A stretch of DNA of 63,343 bases, counting the filler, from Kipferlia bialata (taxonomy: Eukaryota), in assembly GCA_003568945.1 (NCBI GenBank). It is 4 parts of 4 records of this genome, joined end to end, with 100 filler letters (N's around TTAATTAATTAA, not from the genome) between each part and the next. Parts side by side here need not be neighbours in the genome. Positions count along the whole stretch, not along the records: positions 1 to 23,964 come from BDIP01000243.1; 3 more parts are not named here. One strand, given 5' to 3'. The position numbers were made by a program, and so were the translations under genes. The notes under the pieces were generated by a model. That model saw only the letters and a list, made by a program, of their open reading frames with translations, made no database searches and was not told the origin of the DNA. How positions within the stretch are numbered: the first letter of the stretch is position 1; each line of letters opens with the position of its first letter. Below, one piece after another: positions 1 through 12,800 of the stretch.

Positions 1-26
1 ATACATGTGTGTGCATTCATATATAT

Positions 27-1479
27 GCACTGGACCTGGCCACAGAGGCAGGGTTTACGGTGGTGGCAGGTATTGTATATAGTAGTGTATAGATACATAG
101 TATATATAGTATGTATACATGCCTCATACCCAGGTGCATCATTCATTGGCGAGCACTCCTTCCACACACCAGACATCCCAATGGGGCAGGACAGACCAGG
201 TGGGTAACATATATATTCATACACACACACACACACACTCACATATATATATATACATACTTATGTATGATACCTGAACTCATGCCCAGATGCTAAGGAC
301 CATGCCAAGATACTTGAGTGTGCCACCCTGATAGCCTCCAAGATAGAGGGGGGGGACAGGACACAGCCCACACTGCCAGGGGACAGACCCTATAAGGTAT
401 AGATACAAATGTATATTAATTGTGTTTTTGTATCTAGAGTAATAGGTGCAGTGATGGATGGGACAGTACACGGCCTGGTCTCCCAGGGGACAGACTCTAT
501 AAGGTTGATGTATATACACATATATATATATATATGGATACATTGTGTAATAGTATCTAGATTAGATATAGTGAGGTCATACATGGCATCCATTATGGAC
601 TATGCATACACAAATAGTGTATATATTATGTTCGAAGGAACAGGGTTCTTCCGAGATAGTACTCTACTATAAGTATCTCTGTCTACCTGTCTCTCACCCC
701 AGCACAACAACCCCCAGCCCCCACGCACAGCCCTGTACATTGAGGTATGGAATGCCATCGTTCCCATACATGCATCTGTGCTTCACGCTCTTAAGTGTGC
801 TGTCAATATGTAAATCACCCAGCGCACTCTATCAGTACCTCCCTCTCCCCCTCGGGAGAACTGCACCCTCCTTACTTTCCCTAAGTCCCTCCCTCCCACA
901 GCTCTCATGACAAATATTGATACACAAATGTGTATAGATATATATATATCTCCTTCTCTCTCTCTCTCCCCCCTACCTCTCTCTCTCCCTCTCTCCCACC
1001 TCAGGACAACTGTGGCAGCTGTGGGGCGTGTGTGGAGGCATGTCCATTCAGCATCATAGGGGAGGACTTTAGGGTGCCAGAGGTACAGACCCTGGATAGA
1101 ATAGTGTATATGTATATATATGTATGTGTGTGGGGAAAGTCCTAAACCGGAATTCAATTACCTGTGTACCCCTATTCGGTAGTACCTGTCTCTCTCTCTC
1201 TCTCTCTATACATATATATATACACACACACATGACTTTATGTATGAAAGTCTCTCACCCCAGCACCTCCTGTCCCAGTGCACCAAGTGCTGCTCATGCG
1301 TCAAGGTACTCTCTCTCTCTCTGTGTATACATGTCTATGCTCAAGGCAGAGTTCTTCTTTGTCTCTACGAGCCAGTCCTACACCAATACTCTCTCTCCCA
1401 CTTACTCAATTCATGTATATACATATGCCAATATGTATCTGATCCTGTACCCCTGTCCCTGCGGTGCCATGACATCATG

Positions 1480-1510
<31 letters not shown>

Positions 1511-1822
1511 TCTCGTATGTTCACATACATATATATATGTGTGTATGTATGTCTATCTGACCCTGTAGGCCTGCCCCAGTGGAGCCAGGACCTTCTCCAT
1601 GCCACCTGCCAAGGCAGAGATGATCAGGTATTGACATGCCAGAGAATGTACATGTCTGTTATTGTATGGACATATATTCATATATACGTTTATGGTTATA
1701 CGATATATATATAGATATACTCATATAGATATAGATATACTCATATATATAGAGTGTATATTCTGACCCTCAGGCTCAAGTGCGGAGACTACCAGAGACG
1801 GGAGCCCCTCTGGTACCTGTGA
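27..1822 (+). CDS. Flavodoxin-like plus 2x[4Fe-4S] ferredoxin (EFR1-family-like), multi-exon, 5' part outside window
   Basis: GT-AG exons spliced by hand (~134-199, 290-386, 703-744, 1005-1082, 1264-1305, 1569-1627, 1774-1822) read GASFIGEHSFHTPDIPMGQDRPDAKDHAKILECATLIASKIEGG...LPGDRPYK...DNCGSCGACVEACPF...QCTKCCSCVKACPSGA...RREPLWYL*. Two CxxCxxCxxxCP motifs. The FIGEHS...RP segment resembles proteins of this family from anaerobic bacteria. Confidence 0.8.
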
Positions 1823-2020
1823 TAGAGATATAGAATAGATATTTGTAAATCAATGTGATATGTAATGAACTGGATATCAAGCTCTATGGCAGTAACTGCG
1901 ACATGTTCGCAATGTAAGAGAACAATATATTGTCCGGTCAATATAGAGTAGTTACTGAGTGCCTCTACCTGTATTCACATGAGTGTAAGTCAGTATCAGA
2001 GTTGGTGAGAATACGTGAGT

Positions 2021-5000
2021 CTATGTGGGTATCGGCAAGTAGTGGTAAGGAGAGAAATGAAGTCTCTGGGGGGGGGGGAAGGCGGGAAGTACCTGGTGTG
2101 AGTGAGTGAGAAACAGGGGGACTCCCCCTGGAAGAGAGAGAGAGAAATTGGGGGGGGGGGGGGGGGGGGTTGGGGTTGGGGGGGGGGGGTATCGATATAT
2201 ACTCTGAGGAACAGTATAGGTGATTATCATCCCACCTCAGTTCCCTCCAGCGATATGGACTGCCTGATGTTGGGGGTGCTGGTAGTGCCCGTCTCAGAGC
2301 ATAGGGCCTTGGCCTAGTGGGGTGAGAGAGGTCGGGAACAGATACACCATCAGATGCATGGGTGACATATGCATATACATATGCAACACTAGATGCCGCA
2401 CCTGCTTGGGTATGTCTGTGACCTCAGAGGACAGAGACAGACCGGCCTCCTCAAACACGGCGACGACACCTGGGGTGGGAGTATAGACATATAGATAGAT
2501 AGATAGATAGACACGCATGAGGACACAAAGGCCTACCTATATACTTTAATATATGTACCCATATACCCACCTGCGATGTCTGCTCTGTTGACAGGGCTCA
2601 TGGGGGCATACTGCACTAGACAGAGGGTGGCGAGGAGGGAGTCACCCACCTGGGGGGTGAGGACGCACAAACAAGATCTTGGATAGATGTCATATGTTGT
2701 GAAAGAGACCCAAGAGACCCAACACATGTGACCCAGGTATCCAGGAGATAATAGACATACTAATGTATGTATAAATATGTACATAAAAATATATAGAGGC
2801 CCTACCAGCGACGCCGCCCGTCTGTCGAGTGTATCCAGCTCCCCTTGCCACAAGGGATGGAGGGCAGACACAGTGTTCCTAGAGTCAGCTATACAGTACT
2901 CATACATACATATATACACTCTTCTTGTCAGTGTTCCTGGGCGGGAGGGGGGGGAGGGGAGGGGGAGGGGCAGTTTCTATGTTACAACACCCACAATACT
3001 ATGGGGCCTGAACAATAGTACGTGCCGGTATCACGCGTTAACGTTATAGACAATAATACATATATATAGATACATGTATATATATACACACTGTCCACTT
3101 TCACCCACCTGATCATGGTCAGTGTCTGGGTGTCGGCTGAGTCAGACTCCACCTGGGGGTGAGGGCAGGGCATATGCACACATAGAGACATATACTATTC
3201 AGAGATATGCATGCATGGCTGGATGGTTATGGACGTGTAACAGCATACCCACCACTTGACTGTGTACAGTATATATATATGTGTACACATACATCCACCC
3301 CCCACCTTCTCCTGGGCCCTTCGGAGGGACGCCTCGCTCTCTGTGTACACGGCCAGCTGTGTGCTGACATTGGACTGCAGGGACAGGGCTCTGTCAGACA
3401 CACCCTAGAGTCAGGGAGTGAAGGGGAAGAGCATAGGGTAGCAATGGAATAGACTTTGCTAGGATAATCAGACCCATAATTGGATTGCCCACCTTGATTG
3501 TGTTTGTGAGCTGGGTCTCCTCAGACCGAAGGGCATCGAGTCGGGCCAGTCTGCAGTGAGGGGGGGGGGGGGTTAAGTGTGTATATCGTGTGTGTGAATG
3601 TATTCATGATGCAACGACTCCAGGTGTATCGCACCTCGGCCTCTCCTGTGCCGCTAGTCTTGCCCTGTCCATGATGAGTAGGACACTCCACAGCAGCAGC
3701 TCACACGACACGTGTACCCTGGGGTGAGGGGGGGAGGGGGGAGGGAGTAGGTAGTAGGTAGTAGTAGGGGAAGATGATGACCAAACCAGGACTGGCACTC
3801 TTGTTCACACTAGAGGTAGACCACTGCTTCCATGCCTTCTTCGCATACTGAGTAGACACTCAATCTCATATATATACATATCACTCTCATCAATATCTCC
3901 TATCATATGCATATACCTCCTCAGCATCCTGAGTGCCGGACCGAACAGCGTGGACGGCCCCATGGTCACCTCCCCTTGGCCCTGCACGTCTCGGAGGGCA
4001 GAGGGTATGTGCACCCGGGTGTCCTGGGCGTCGCCATCCTGGCCCAGGGCCTTGGCCCCAGGGGTGTGTGTGTAGGGGGAGGGAGACTGGGACGGGCTGG
4101 GGGGCGTGGCTGGTGTGGGGTGTAGGGTGGGGTTGGACACTCCATGCAAACCACACAATATACACACATACCACAATCACTGATGACTGCTGCACATACA
4201 TACATACATACATATCTTCTAGATACACATTAATACACACCTTCTGTCCTAGAGGCAGGACTGGGGCTGGCAATGGGGCATATGAGGGGTAGGGAAGGGA
4301 TGGATGCCACAGAGACGTCAGACACAGCAGCCACGGCCTAGGGTTGGATCACACATACACAGATAGATACAAGAAGCAGAGGCAGACAGACAATGGCACT
4401 GTTACACTGGACAAGACACAGACAAGACCCATGCCCCCCACCTCTGTATCCGTGACTGTGCCACTGACCACAGGCCGCCTCAGAAGGTTAATGAGACGCA
4501 CATGGACTGCTTCCAGAACCTAGTATGAGAGGGATACACACACAGATAGAGATGGATACTCACACATCAGGATATATACATATATCAGGTGATTAGAGGG
4601 AAACAAGTGAAGAAGGGTACCAATATACACGAATATATACAAAGAGCAAGTCACACACACATCCACAACAACACATGTCCTTTCATCCCCTCCATACACA
4701 TCCTACACCACCCACCTCCTTAGACAGGGCTGCTGGGTCCACGTCGCTGAGGTCCCTGAGCAGTCTATCGGGGTTCTGGACCAGACGGGTGAAGGTGGAC
4801 ACCCTCGTGTCCTGGGTGACCTGGGGTGAGGGGGGATGTACACTCAGACAGTGTGATACTGGTACTATTCACCCACTAGACCCATGTGCCGTGCCTTGTT
4901 GTGCAGCTTGGGTGCCCCTATCAGAACTAGGATGACAGCTGCCAGTTCCTGGGGGTCAGAGGGGAGGGGAGGGACACACAGTGTAGGCATACACCACTCT

Positions 5001-6650
5001 GCCCCTGCCCACTGCCACACACTATTATACACCTATTATATACACACCCCCACCTGCTGGTACTGAGTGGGTGCCTTCCACGCAGCCAGCACCCTGCTAC
5101 TACGCTGCTGCCTGAGGGCGCTCTTGACCCCAGTGAACAGGTGGTGCAGGGTACTCTGGGTGGTGGCACCGGCGGTGTCTGCCTCCAGATCACCCAGCTG
5201 GGCAGACACCGTGTCCAGCTCTGACTGTAGACTAGCCACACTGGCCTGCTCTGCCGCTAGGGTGGCTGGGGGTGAGGGGGGGGGGTAGGAAGGGGTGGGG
5301 TATGGGAGGGTGCATGGGAGGGTGTATGCAAGGTCTCAGAGGCGTCACAGAAAGACAGTGCCAAACACATAGGGTGAAAAACAGACAAACGTATCCATGT
5401 ATCCTTCTATCCAAGTCCACCTGTGTCCTGTCCAAGTACGGAGCTATATACAGTACATAGAATTATAGTCTAGAGTCTCTTGTTCTTACCCGTGTGCTGT
5501 CCAAGTAGAGTGATGGAGCCCTGCAGAACCTGTCTGGGGGTAAGGGGTAGAGGGAGGTAGAGAGAAGAAGGGACACATACACAAGCACCAAGCCGTCATT
5601 CTCTCTGATACATACACCCTATGCACACACACTCACTTGGCCTGGGCAAGGTCCTCCTGGGCAGAGGTCAGCCGGGCCACCGCGGTGTCTGCGGCCTGTT
5701 CCACTAGAGACAGACGGGTGAGGGCAGAGCGGAGCAGCTTCAGCCTGACAAGGTGAGGGGGGGGGGGGTGAGAAGGGGGAGACAATACACGTCAGTAGAC
5801 TACCAATGCCGCATATACATGTTCTATCAATACCGACAGGTGCCCTAGTGTGTCTCACCTAGCTGTGACGTACACCGCCCTCCTGGTGAGCACTGCCAGG
5901 TGCACCCTGCTGAACTCAACTAGAGTAGACACAGAGTGGGGCAGGAGGGTGGAGAGAGCAGACTCTACGGCTGACAGGACAGGTTGGGTCAGCAGGACAG
6001 ACCGCACCTGGGGGGTAGGGGTAGGGAAGCAATCACACAACAAATGTCAAGGGGTCATGTATTAGTAGAGACCAAGATGTGAGATGTGCTCTCGTACCTT
6101 AGCTGCGAGTTCTGTCGACACTCCGCTCCTATACACATCCGGGGTGGAGAGGTTGATGTCCGAGTCTGAGAGGACAGAGAGGAGGAGTCTAAGCACCACA
6201 CTCGACACCTGGTGTGGGAGGGAGGAGAGAGAGAGAGAGAGAGAGATACCATCCCAAGTGCCCCACCCATTCATACCCATTCATACCTGTATCTCATGGA
6301 CTGGCATGGAGGAAGCGGTGTCTGGGGTCAGAGAGGTGGGGGGGGGGGGGAGTTGGGAACATCCTCATATAAATATATAGAGACCGTCCATCCACTGATA
6401 CCCCCAATACACTCATATATACAATGTATCCATACCCTTGTTGGCTTGTCTACTGTCACCCTTAGCATCTGCGGCATAGGCCCTGTCACGCTGCCTGGAG
6501 GGGGTGAGGCAGAGAATCATAATATCATACGGAGACTCAAACACACACACATCTACCACCATTGAGGAGGGGTCCCTACCTACTGCTTATCAGGGATATG
6601 CGGCTCTTGCTCTTGGTTAGACTGGTGATGCTCCTGGGATGAGTACACAT
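2021..6650 (-). CDS. Hypothetical multi-exon protein with coiled-coil segments (boundaries uncertain)
   Basis: Series of short exons bounded by CT(C/G)ACCCCAG acceptors and GT donors, e.g. ASLQSELDTVSAQLGDLEAD, RARLAAQER, VSSVVLRLLLSVLSDSDINLSTPD. No family recognised. May be continuous with the gene at 6738-23903. Confidence 0.45.
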
Positions 6651-6737
6651 GGTGCGAAACAGAGGTTTAAAGGTTTCTACAGTATTCTAATACATATGAC
6701 TGATCAAGTATATATCCGATATCCTCTCCCCCTGTAC

Positions 6738-6857
6738 CTAGTTGAGTTGGTCCTGTGCATCTGCCGCAGGGTCTGCCTGTCTCTGTCTGGATGGGCAGGA
6801 CCCTGACCAGGCCTAGGGACACGGGGGGGCTGGGGTGAAGGAGAAGCATAACAACAA

Positions 6858-6893
<36 letters not shown>

Positions 6894-9800
6894 TACTAGA
6901 TACAGGTGTGTATGTATGCTACCTTCTTGACATAAACATATGCTGTCTTCCACACATTCATACACTACACATATACATACCACACACACCTTCTTGGCGT
7001 ATGTGGCTGTGGTTGGGTTGTAGGGGTCTGGGCCAGGGTCTGAGAGTAGAGACCCCAGATACTCGGACACCGCCTGGGGTCAGAAGGAGAGAGTGACGCA
7101 TATGTGACATGGTATATTGACATAGACCCACACCCACAAACCCTCTGGTTAGCTGTGGTATAGTGTCAATATCAGTACAAGTACATCACGCCAGATATAT
7201 CACATCAGCTATTTCACATCAGATCTATCATAACACATGTGTAGTGATACCTCCTTGCTGGCGGGTGGGACTGACACAGCGAAGGGGCTGCGCCATATGC
7301 CTGGAATGAGTGTGTACCGTGGTGATTGGGTTATGCTGCAGGTACAGAGACCAGTGCCCCCACTGTGATCCATCATAGACTGTAGACTGGGTCCATATAC
7401 ACACATACACACACACATACCCGGGCAGTGTGTGGGCCACAGGGTGTACCCCGGAGTGCCCACCCCAACGTCAATGACAACCCGGCACCTGGAGAGAACA
7501 CCTGGGGGGAGAGAGGGAAAGGGGTGTGCATACATGTAACAATATATAAATAGACTGTGCAAGAATATACAGAGAACACAACAGTCCATATGTGATGTTC
7601 AAAATATAGTAGAGTATTTCAATGATTGTAGTCCATAGTATGCCTGTTTGTTACGTCTAGAATCAAGAATCTATGAGACAAGATATTTATAGCATAACCT
7701 GCACACGTAGATACATAGTTCGTATATGAATCCCCCCAACCTGCTGCCTTGAGTATCCACTAATTAGTACATGTATACATATACATTATCCCCACCTGCT
7801 GCCTTGAGTATCCACCCTAGCCTCCTGGGGTCATGGGTACCAGCAGAGGCAGACCCCGCAGACATGAGGAGAGAGGACAGCTTGGTGCGGGTGGTCGGGG
7901 AGACCTGGGTCAGGGACAGGGGGGGATCTATGTAGGTAGTATATGCATTGATACCAGAACCAGGGACCCACTTACATATGTGAGGAAAGAATACTGAAGC
8001 ACACACAAATAAAATGCATGCATCAATAAGTATTTGCATATATATATAACTGCATATGCATGCGGCACTATATATATACATGTACTAGCGGCACCTTGCT
8101 CAGTAGGGTGGGGCTGTATCTGTCCCTGAGGAGCTCGGCCAGGATGGGGAAGAGGGACACGTCTGGGGTGAGGGTACAGATATGGACCTACACACTAGTA
8201 AGTAACAAATACAAATATATCAAAACGCCCTTAAATGCTCAATAGATGAGGGCTTGCACACATCCACTTCCCATGGCACATACTGATACCTGAGCTGAAG
8301 GGGTGTCCTATGTACAGGACGGAGGAGGCGCCTGAGTAGAAGGACAACATGAGCCACTTGATGACAAGGGTAGACAGCAGTCTAGGGGTCAGACAGGGAT
8401 AGAGGGGGTATGATATGTATGCGGTGTAGAGCGATTATCCGTGATAACCGCACCTGATTCTGTCGTCGTAGGACGGTATGCACACCGCTGGTACCACTAT
8501 GGGGTCTGGGATGCCTGTGAGTTGACACGCTATGCGGCACAGGTCGAGCAGCACAGACCCCGGCCGAGAGACAACAAGGGCCCCACCTGGAGTCAGAGCA
8601 TATGTACACAGACGTAACACAAACAAATACACTGTACGCTGATACACTGACACATGCGCCCTACCCGGTGCAATGCCTGTGCCGGAGGGGTGGGAGGAGA
8701 GGCCGGACAGCACCCCAGACCTATCCACCCCAGTAGAGGAGGAGGGAGCATGGGGCATAGGGTCAGTGGACATAACGGAGGAGGTGGGCTGGGGTGAGTA
8801 TCTGTGGTGGAAGAGGGTCACCCAAGGGTACTTCTCCATCTATGAGTAACCCAGCTGAGACAGACATACCCTGCACCCCCAACCCACCTTGAGTGAGGCA
8901 GACAGCCCCCGCTCCCCCTCCCCGTCTGTCTCTCTCTCCCTGTCTCTGTCCAGTCCATTCTGACCCATGTCATCGGCCTCAGCAGAGGAGTGGTGAACTG
9001 GGGTCAGGGAAGGGAGGTGGTACATAGAATGGATAGGTATACATATGTACTACACCACAACTGCCGTACCCTGTGAGGCATCAGGCGGAGAGGGCAGGGC
9101 TATCACGGCACATAACAGCCCCAGGACATCCACAAGAGGGTAGGCCCCGGACACGGCGGGTAGGGCGAGGGACACGCCGAAGCCAGCCTGGGGTGGGTGG
9201 GTATAGATACAGGATATATACCAACATATCCAGGAGAGAGCACTACCGCCCCACCTTCTGCCTTGCCTTGACCAGGGCTGCCAGATAGACAGAGGCCTCA
9301 GGCAGGGGGACCCTCTCCACCCTGAAGGGTGTGTGTCCAGGGGGGTGGGGGGAGACGGGAGAGTCGTCTACACTAGGGGTCAGTGGGGGGGGGGTAGGAA
9401 GGTGGGTAGGAAGGTGGGTGGATGGTTAATACCGATGGGACAGATAACGAAGCTAGAATCGATTGCAACAGTATATCCACATAGCACCCATCCGGTATGT
9501 AACCAGTCTGCATCATGCCCCACCCACCTGACCACCTCAGTGTCCATGAGGGGCATAGCCAGAGACGACAGGGGGGCCAGGTTGTGGTACCTGGGGTCAA
9601 GGGGGGGGGTATAATAGGTGTGTCAGTATCAGTATCCACTCATCTCCCACCTCGCCACCGTCTGCTGCTGGTACATGTGCGTCTGGTCCCCTCGGCCTGC
9701 TATGGAGTTGTCTATGGCCATGAGGGCATCCTGGGGGTGGGGGATGGAGGCAGTGGTGGTGCACACACACACATACATATACACTCATATATACACACAC

Positions 9801-12800
9801 TCCCACCCACCTGGGCTATGTCTCTGCTGGAGGGATGTACATCCATCGGGGGGGGGCATGGCCGGCTGGCCCTGTCGCGGTCTCTCTCTCCCTCCCTCCC
9901 CCTGCCCCTCTTAGGCCCAAGGGAGAGAGAGAGGGTGTGGTCCGAGGTGGGATAGGGCAGGAACACATGGGAGCACACACCGAGATGGTTGTTGAGTGAG
10001 TGGGAGTCTGGGGGTCAGAGTGGCGTATATGTATACAACACAGAGTACAAACACTGACCACATGTACCAAGAAATACTACTGCACCAGACATCCGTTGAT
10101 ACCGATACTGAGTGTACAGAGATATACGCAGAGTGACCCACCTGAGTCTGCACTGACTGGTAGGAGGTCTGCCAGGTGCTTGCGTCCCAGCTGGGGGAGA
10201 GACTTCTCCACTAGCTCAAAGAACCTGCAGTGAGCATTGGTGGTTGAATGATGAGGGGGGGGGGGGGCACTGCCTATATATATATAGACAGTATCACACG
10301 GCACACAATCCACTGTGATCGCACTCACCTAGCGTTGGCTATGCCCGGTCTACAGGCCACAAACACAGAGACCAGATAGCGCCACAGCTAGGGGTCAGAG
10401 GATAGATGGGGGAAGTTAGAATTCAGCTACACAAATATTGTCCACTACCAAACAGTATCACCATCTCCCCTCTGTCGCGTTTTTGGCTGATATATCCACA
10501 TAAATACACTGATACCCCTCCCCACCTGGCTGATGCCCTCTATGTCTGGGACAGCCAGAGCTGGTATCATCCTGCCCACCAGTGATACGATGATGGAGGC
10601 AAAGGCAGAGGACAGCTCGGCCTGGTCGGGGTCTGGGGGTTACATGCATCATGAGATGGGGGTATATATATGTGTGTGTATAACACTGCATCCACCCACC
10701 TCCCTCTGCCACCCTCGACACCACCTTCCCCTCGGACGGAGAGGCCACACAGGGTGTGGCCATGGGGTCGAGGCCAAGCTCGCGGTCCCTGGGGTGAGGG
10801 CAGTTTCTCCAAGTACTATACACGGAGTATACACAGCACTAAGAAATGGACTCGTACATGTGCCAACCTACATGAAAGTATGAAACTACATATGGGATAT
10901 ATCCGACTATACATACCTGTCGGACAAAGAATCCAGAGAGTGCAGCTTCAGAGCAAACACAGACTGGGCCACCTGGGTATCAGCCACAGTGACCTGCCGC
11001 ACCCACACTTTGATTGACAGTGTAAACAATACGTGTCGTCAAAGGACGATTATCACATGACTATAAGGAAAATTATGTCATGCAGTGTAGTGGGTCACCA
11101 CCACTGTATCATCACCCCCCATACCTTGATGCTCTCTATGGTGAGCAGCACCAGCCTCCCTATGGCCCTGGCCACAGTGTCTCTGGGCTGCGACAGTAGG
11201 GGCACCCCTGTGGAGGTGGGATGGGGAGCGGCACTGATGGTACGGGATGCGTCCCTCAGCGTGTTACGGAACACAGCAACAGATATGGGGTCGGGGAGGG
11301 CAGGGCCAAACAGACACCTGGGGTGAGGGGGTGAGAGATCAGTGGTCATACCACATACACATCCACCGATACCTGCCACCGAATGTGCTGGGCAGGGTAT
11401 GGAGGGGCAGGACGGGGACCTCCATCAACACAGACACCCCAGAGCTTGGCACAAACACCGTCTCCCCATACTCTGTCCTACCCCCTGCGTCTCTCTCCTT
11501 GTCTCTGTCCGTAGGTGGAGGCAGGTAGGTGCCATGCCTCATCAGCTGCTGGAGGGAGGGGGAGGAGAGGGTATGTGCCACGGCACCTAGGGGTCAGGCT
11601 CATGAGACGAGATCAACACACACTAGACATTGACATAGGCATAGGATAGTAACATGCCACCCTCATGCTATGTCCCACCTGGCATGGCTAGGGCCGGGTA
11701 CCCATCGGACAGTACCATAAGAGAGGACAGACCCGCACTCTGGGACGCGGCACACACACCTAAAGGTGGGGGTGGGCAGGGGGGAAGACATGGACAATGA
11801 CACATGTATCAAGCATGCGCTGTAGAGTAGGAGGCAACTGTCTCTAAACACATCCCCATACCGTGTGTGTATACAGCCGTGTCATGCAGGGAAGGCAGCG
11901 TGGTGATGCTGTCCCTCAACAGACACTCCACAGATGACCTGGGGTGGGTGGAAAGGCTTGCACTGAGGCGAACTATAGTATAGTATAGACTCTCATAGTA
12001 AGGCAAAAATCACCCCGTCTAATACTGATCCTGACACTGAATACACACTGATACCGCACCTGCTGCTCAGGAGCCCCATGGCAATACCGACACTCTTGTG
12101 ACGCAGGGAGGCGGTGGTTCCGTCCCATTCCTACACGGTCAGAGAGATAAACCCATATATAGGGTGCATATACATATATGTAAGGATCAAGTGGTCCTTA
12201 CCCGCTGCTCCCTGGGCGTCGTGAGGGAGACGTGCGTATCAGCGCAGGCCCCCCCGACAAACCATGTGCCAGTGCGGAGGGAGGCCCCGTAGGCACGCAT
12301 ACGTTCAGCCTCTCTCTCTCTCTCCCGTTCTTCCTGCTCTCTCTCCTCAGCGAAGACATCCCTAGGGTCGGAGGAGGTGGATATATGTATGGGCACATAT
12401 CATACATATCATACATATCATACACATCATACATATCATACATATCATACACATCATACACATCATACATATCATACGTATCATACATATCATACATATC
12501 ATACATATCATACATATCATACACATCATACACATCATACACATCATACATATCATACATATCATACATATCATACATATCATATATGGGAGGCAGATGG
12601 GATCACACTAACTTATACACTCGACACCTATCTAATCATATACATGTACACAACACCCTCCCCCCACCTGACCACGGGCATCTGTCTGGGGGTGGCGATG
12701 CTGGTACGGGGGTCACGGGGCAGGGCCGGTCTCTCTTCCCTGTCCCTGTCACTGAGCATCCCCAGAGACCTGGCACTGCCTGCTGTGGTGGGTCGGTCTG

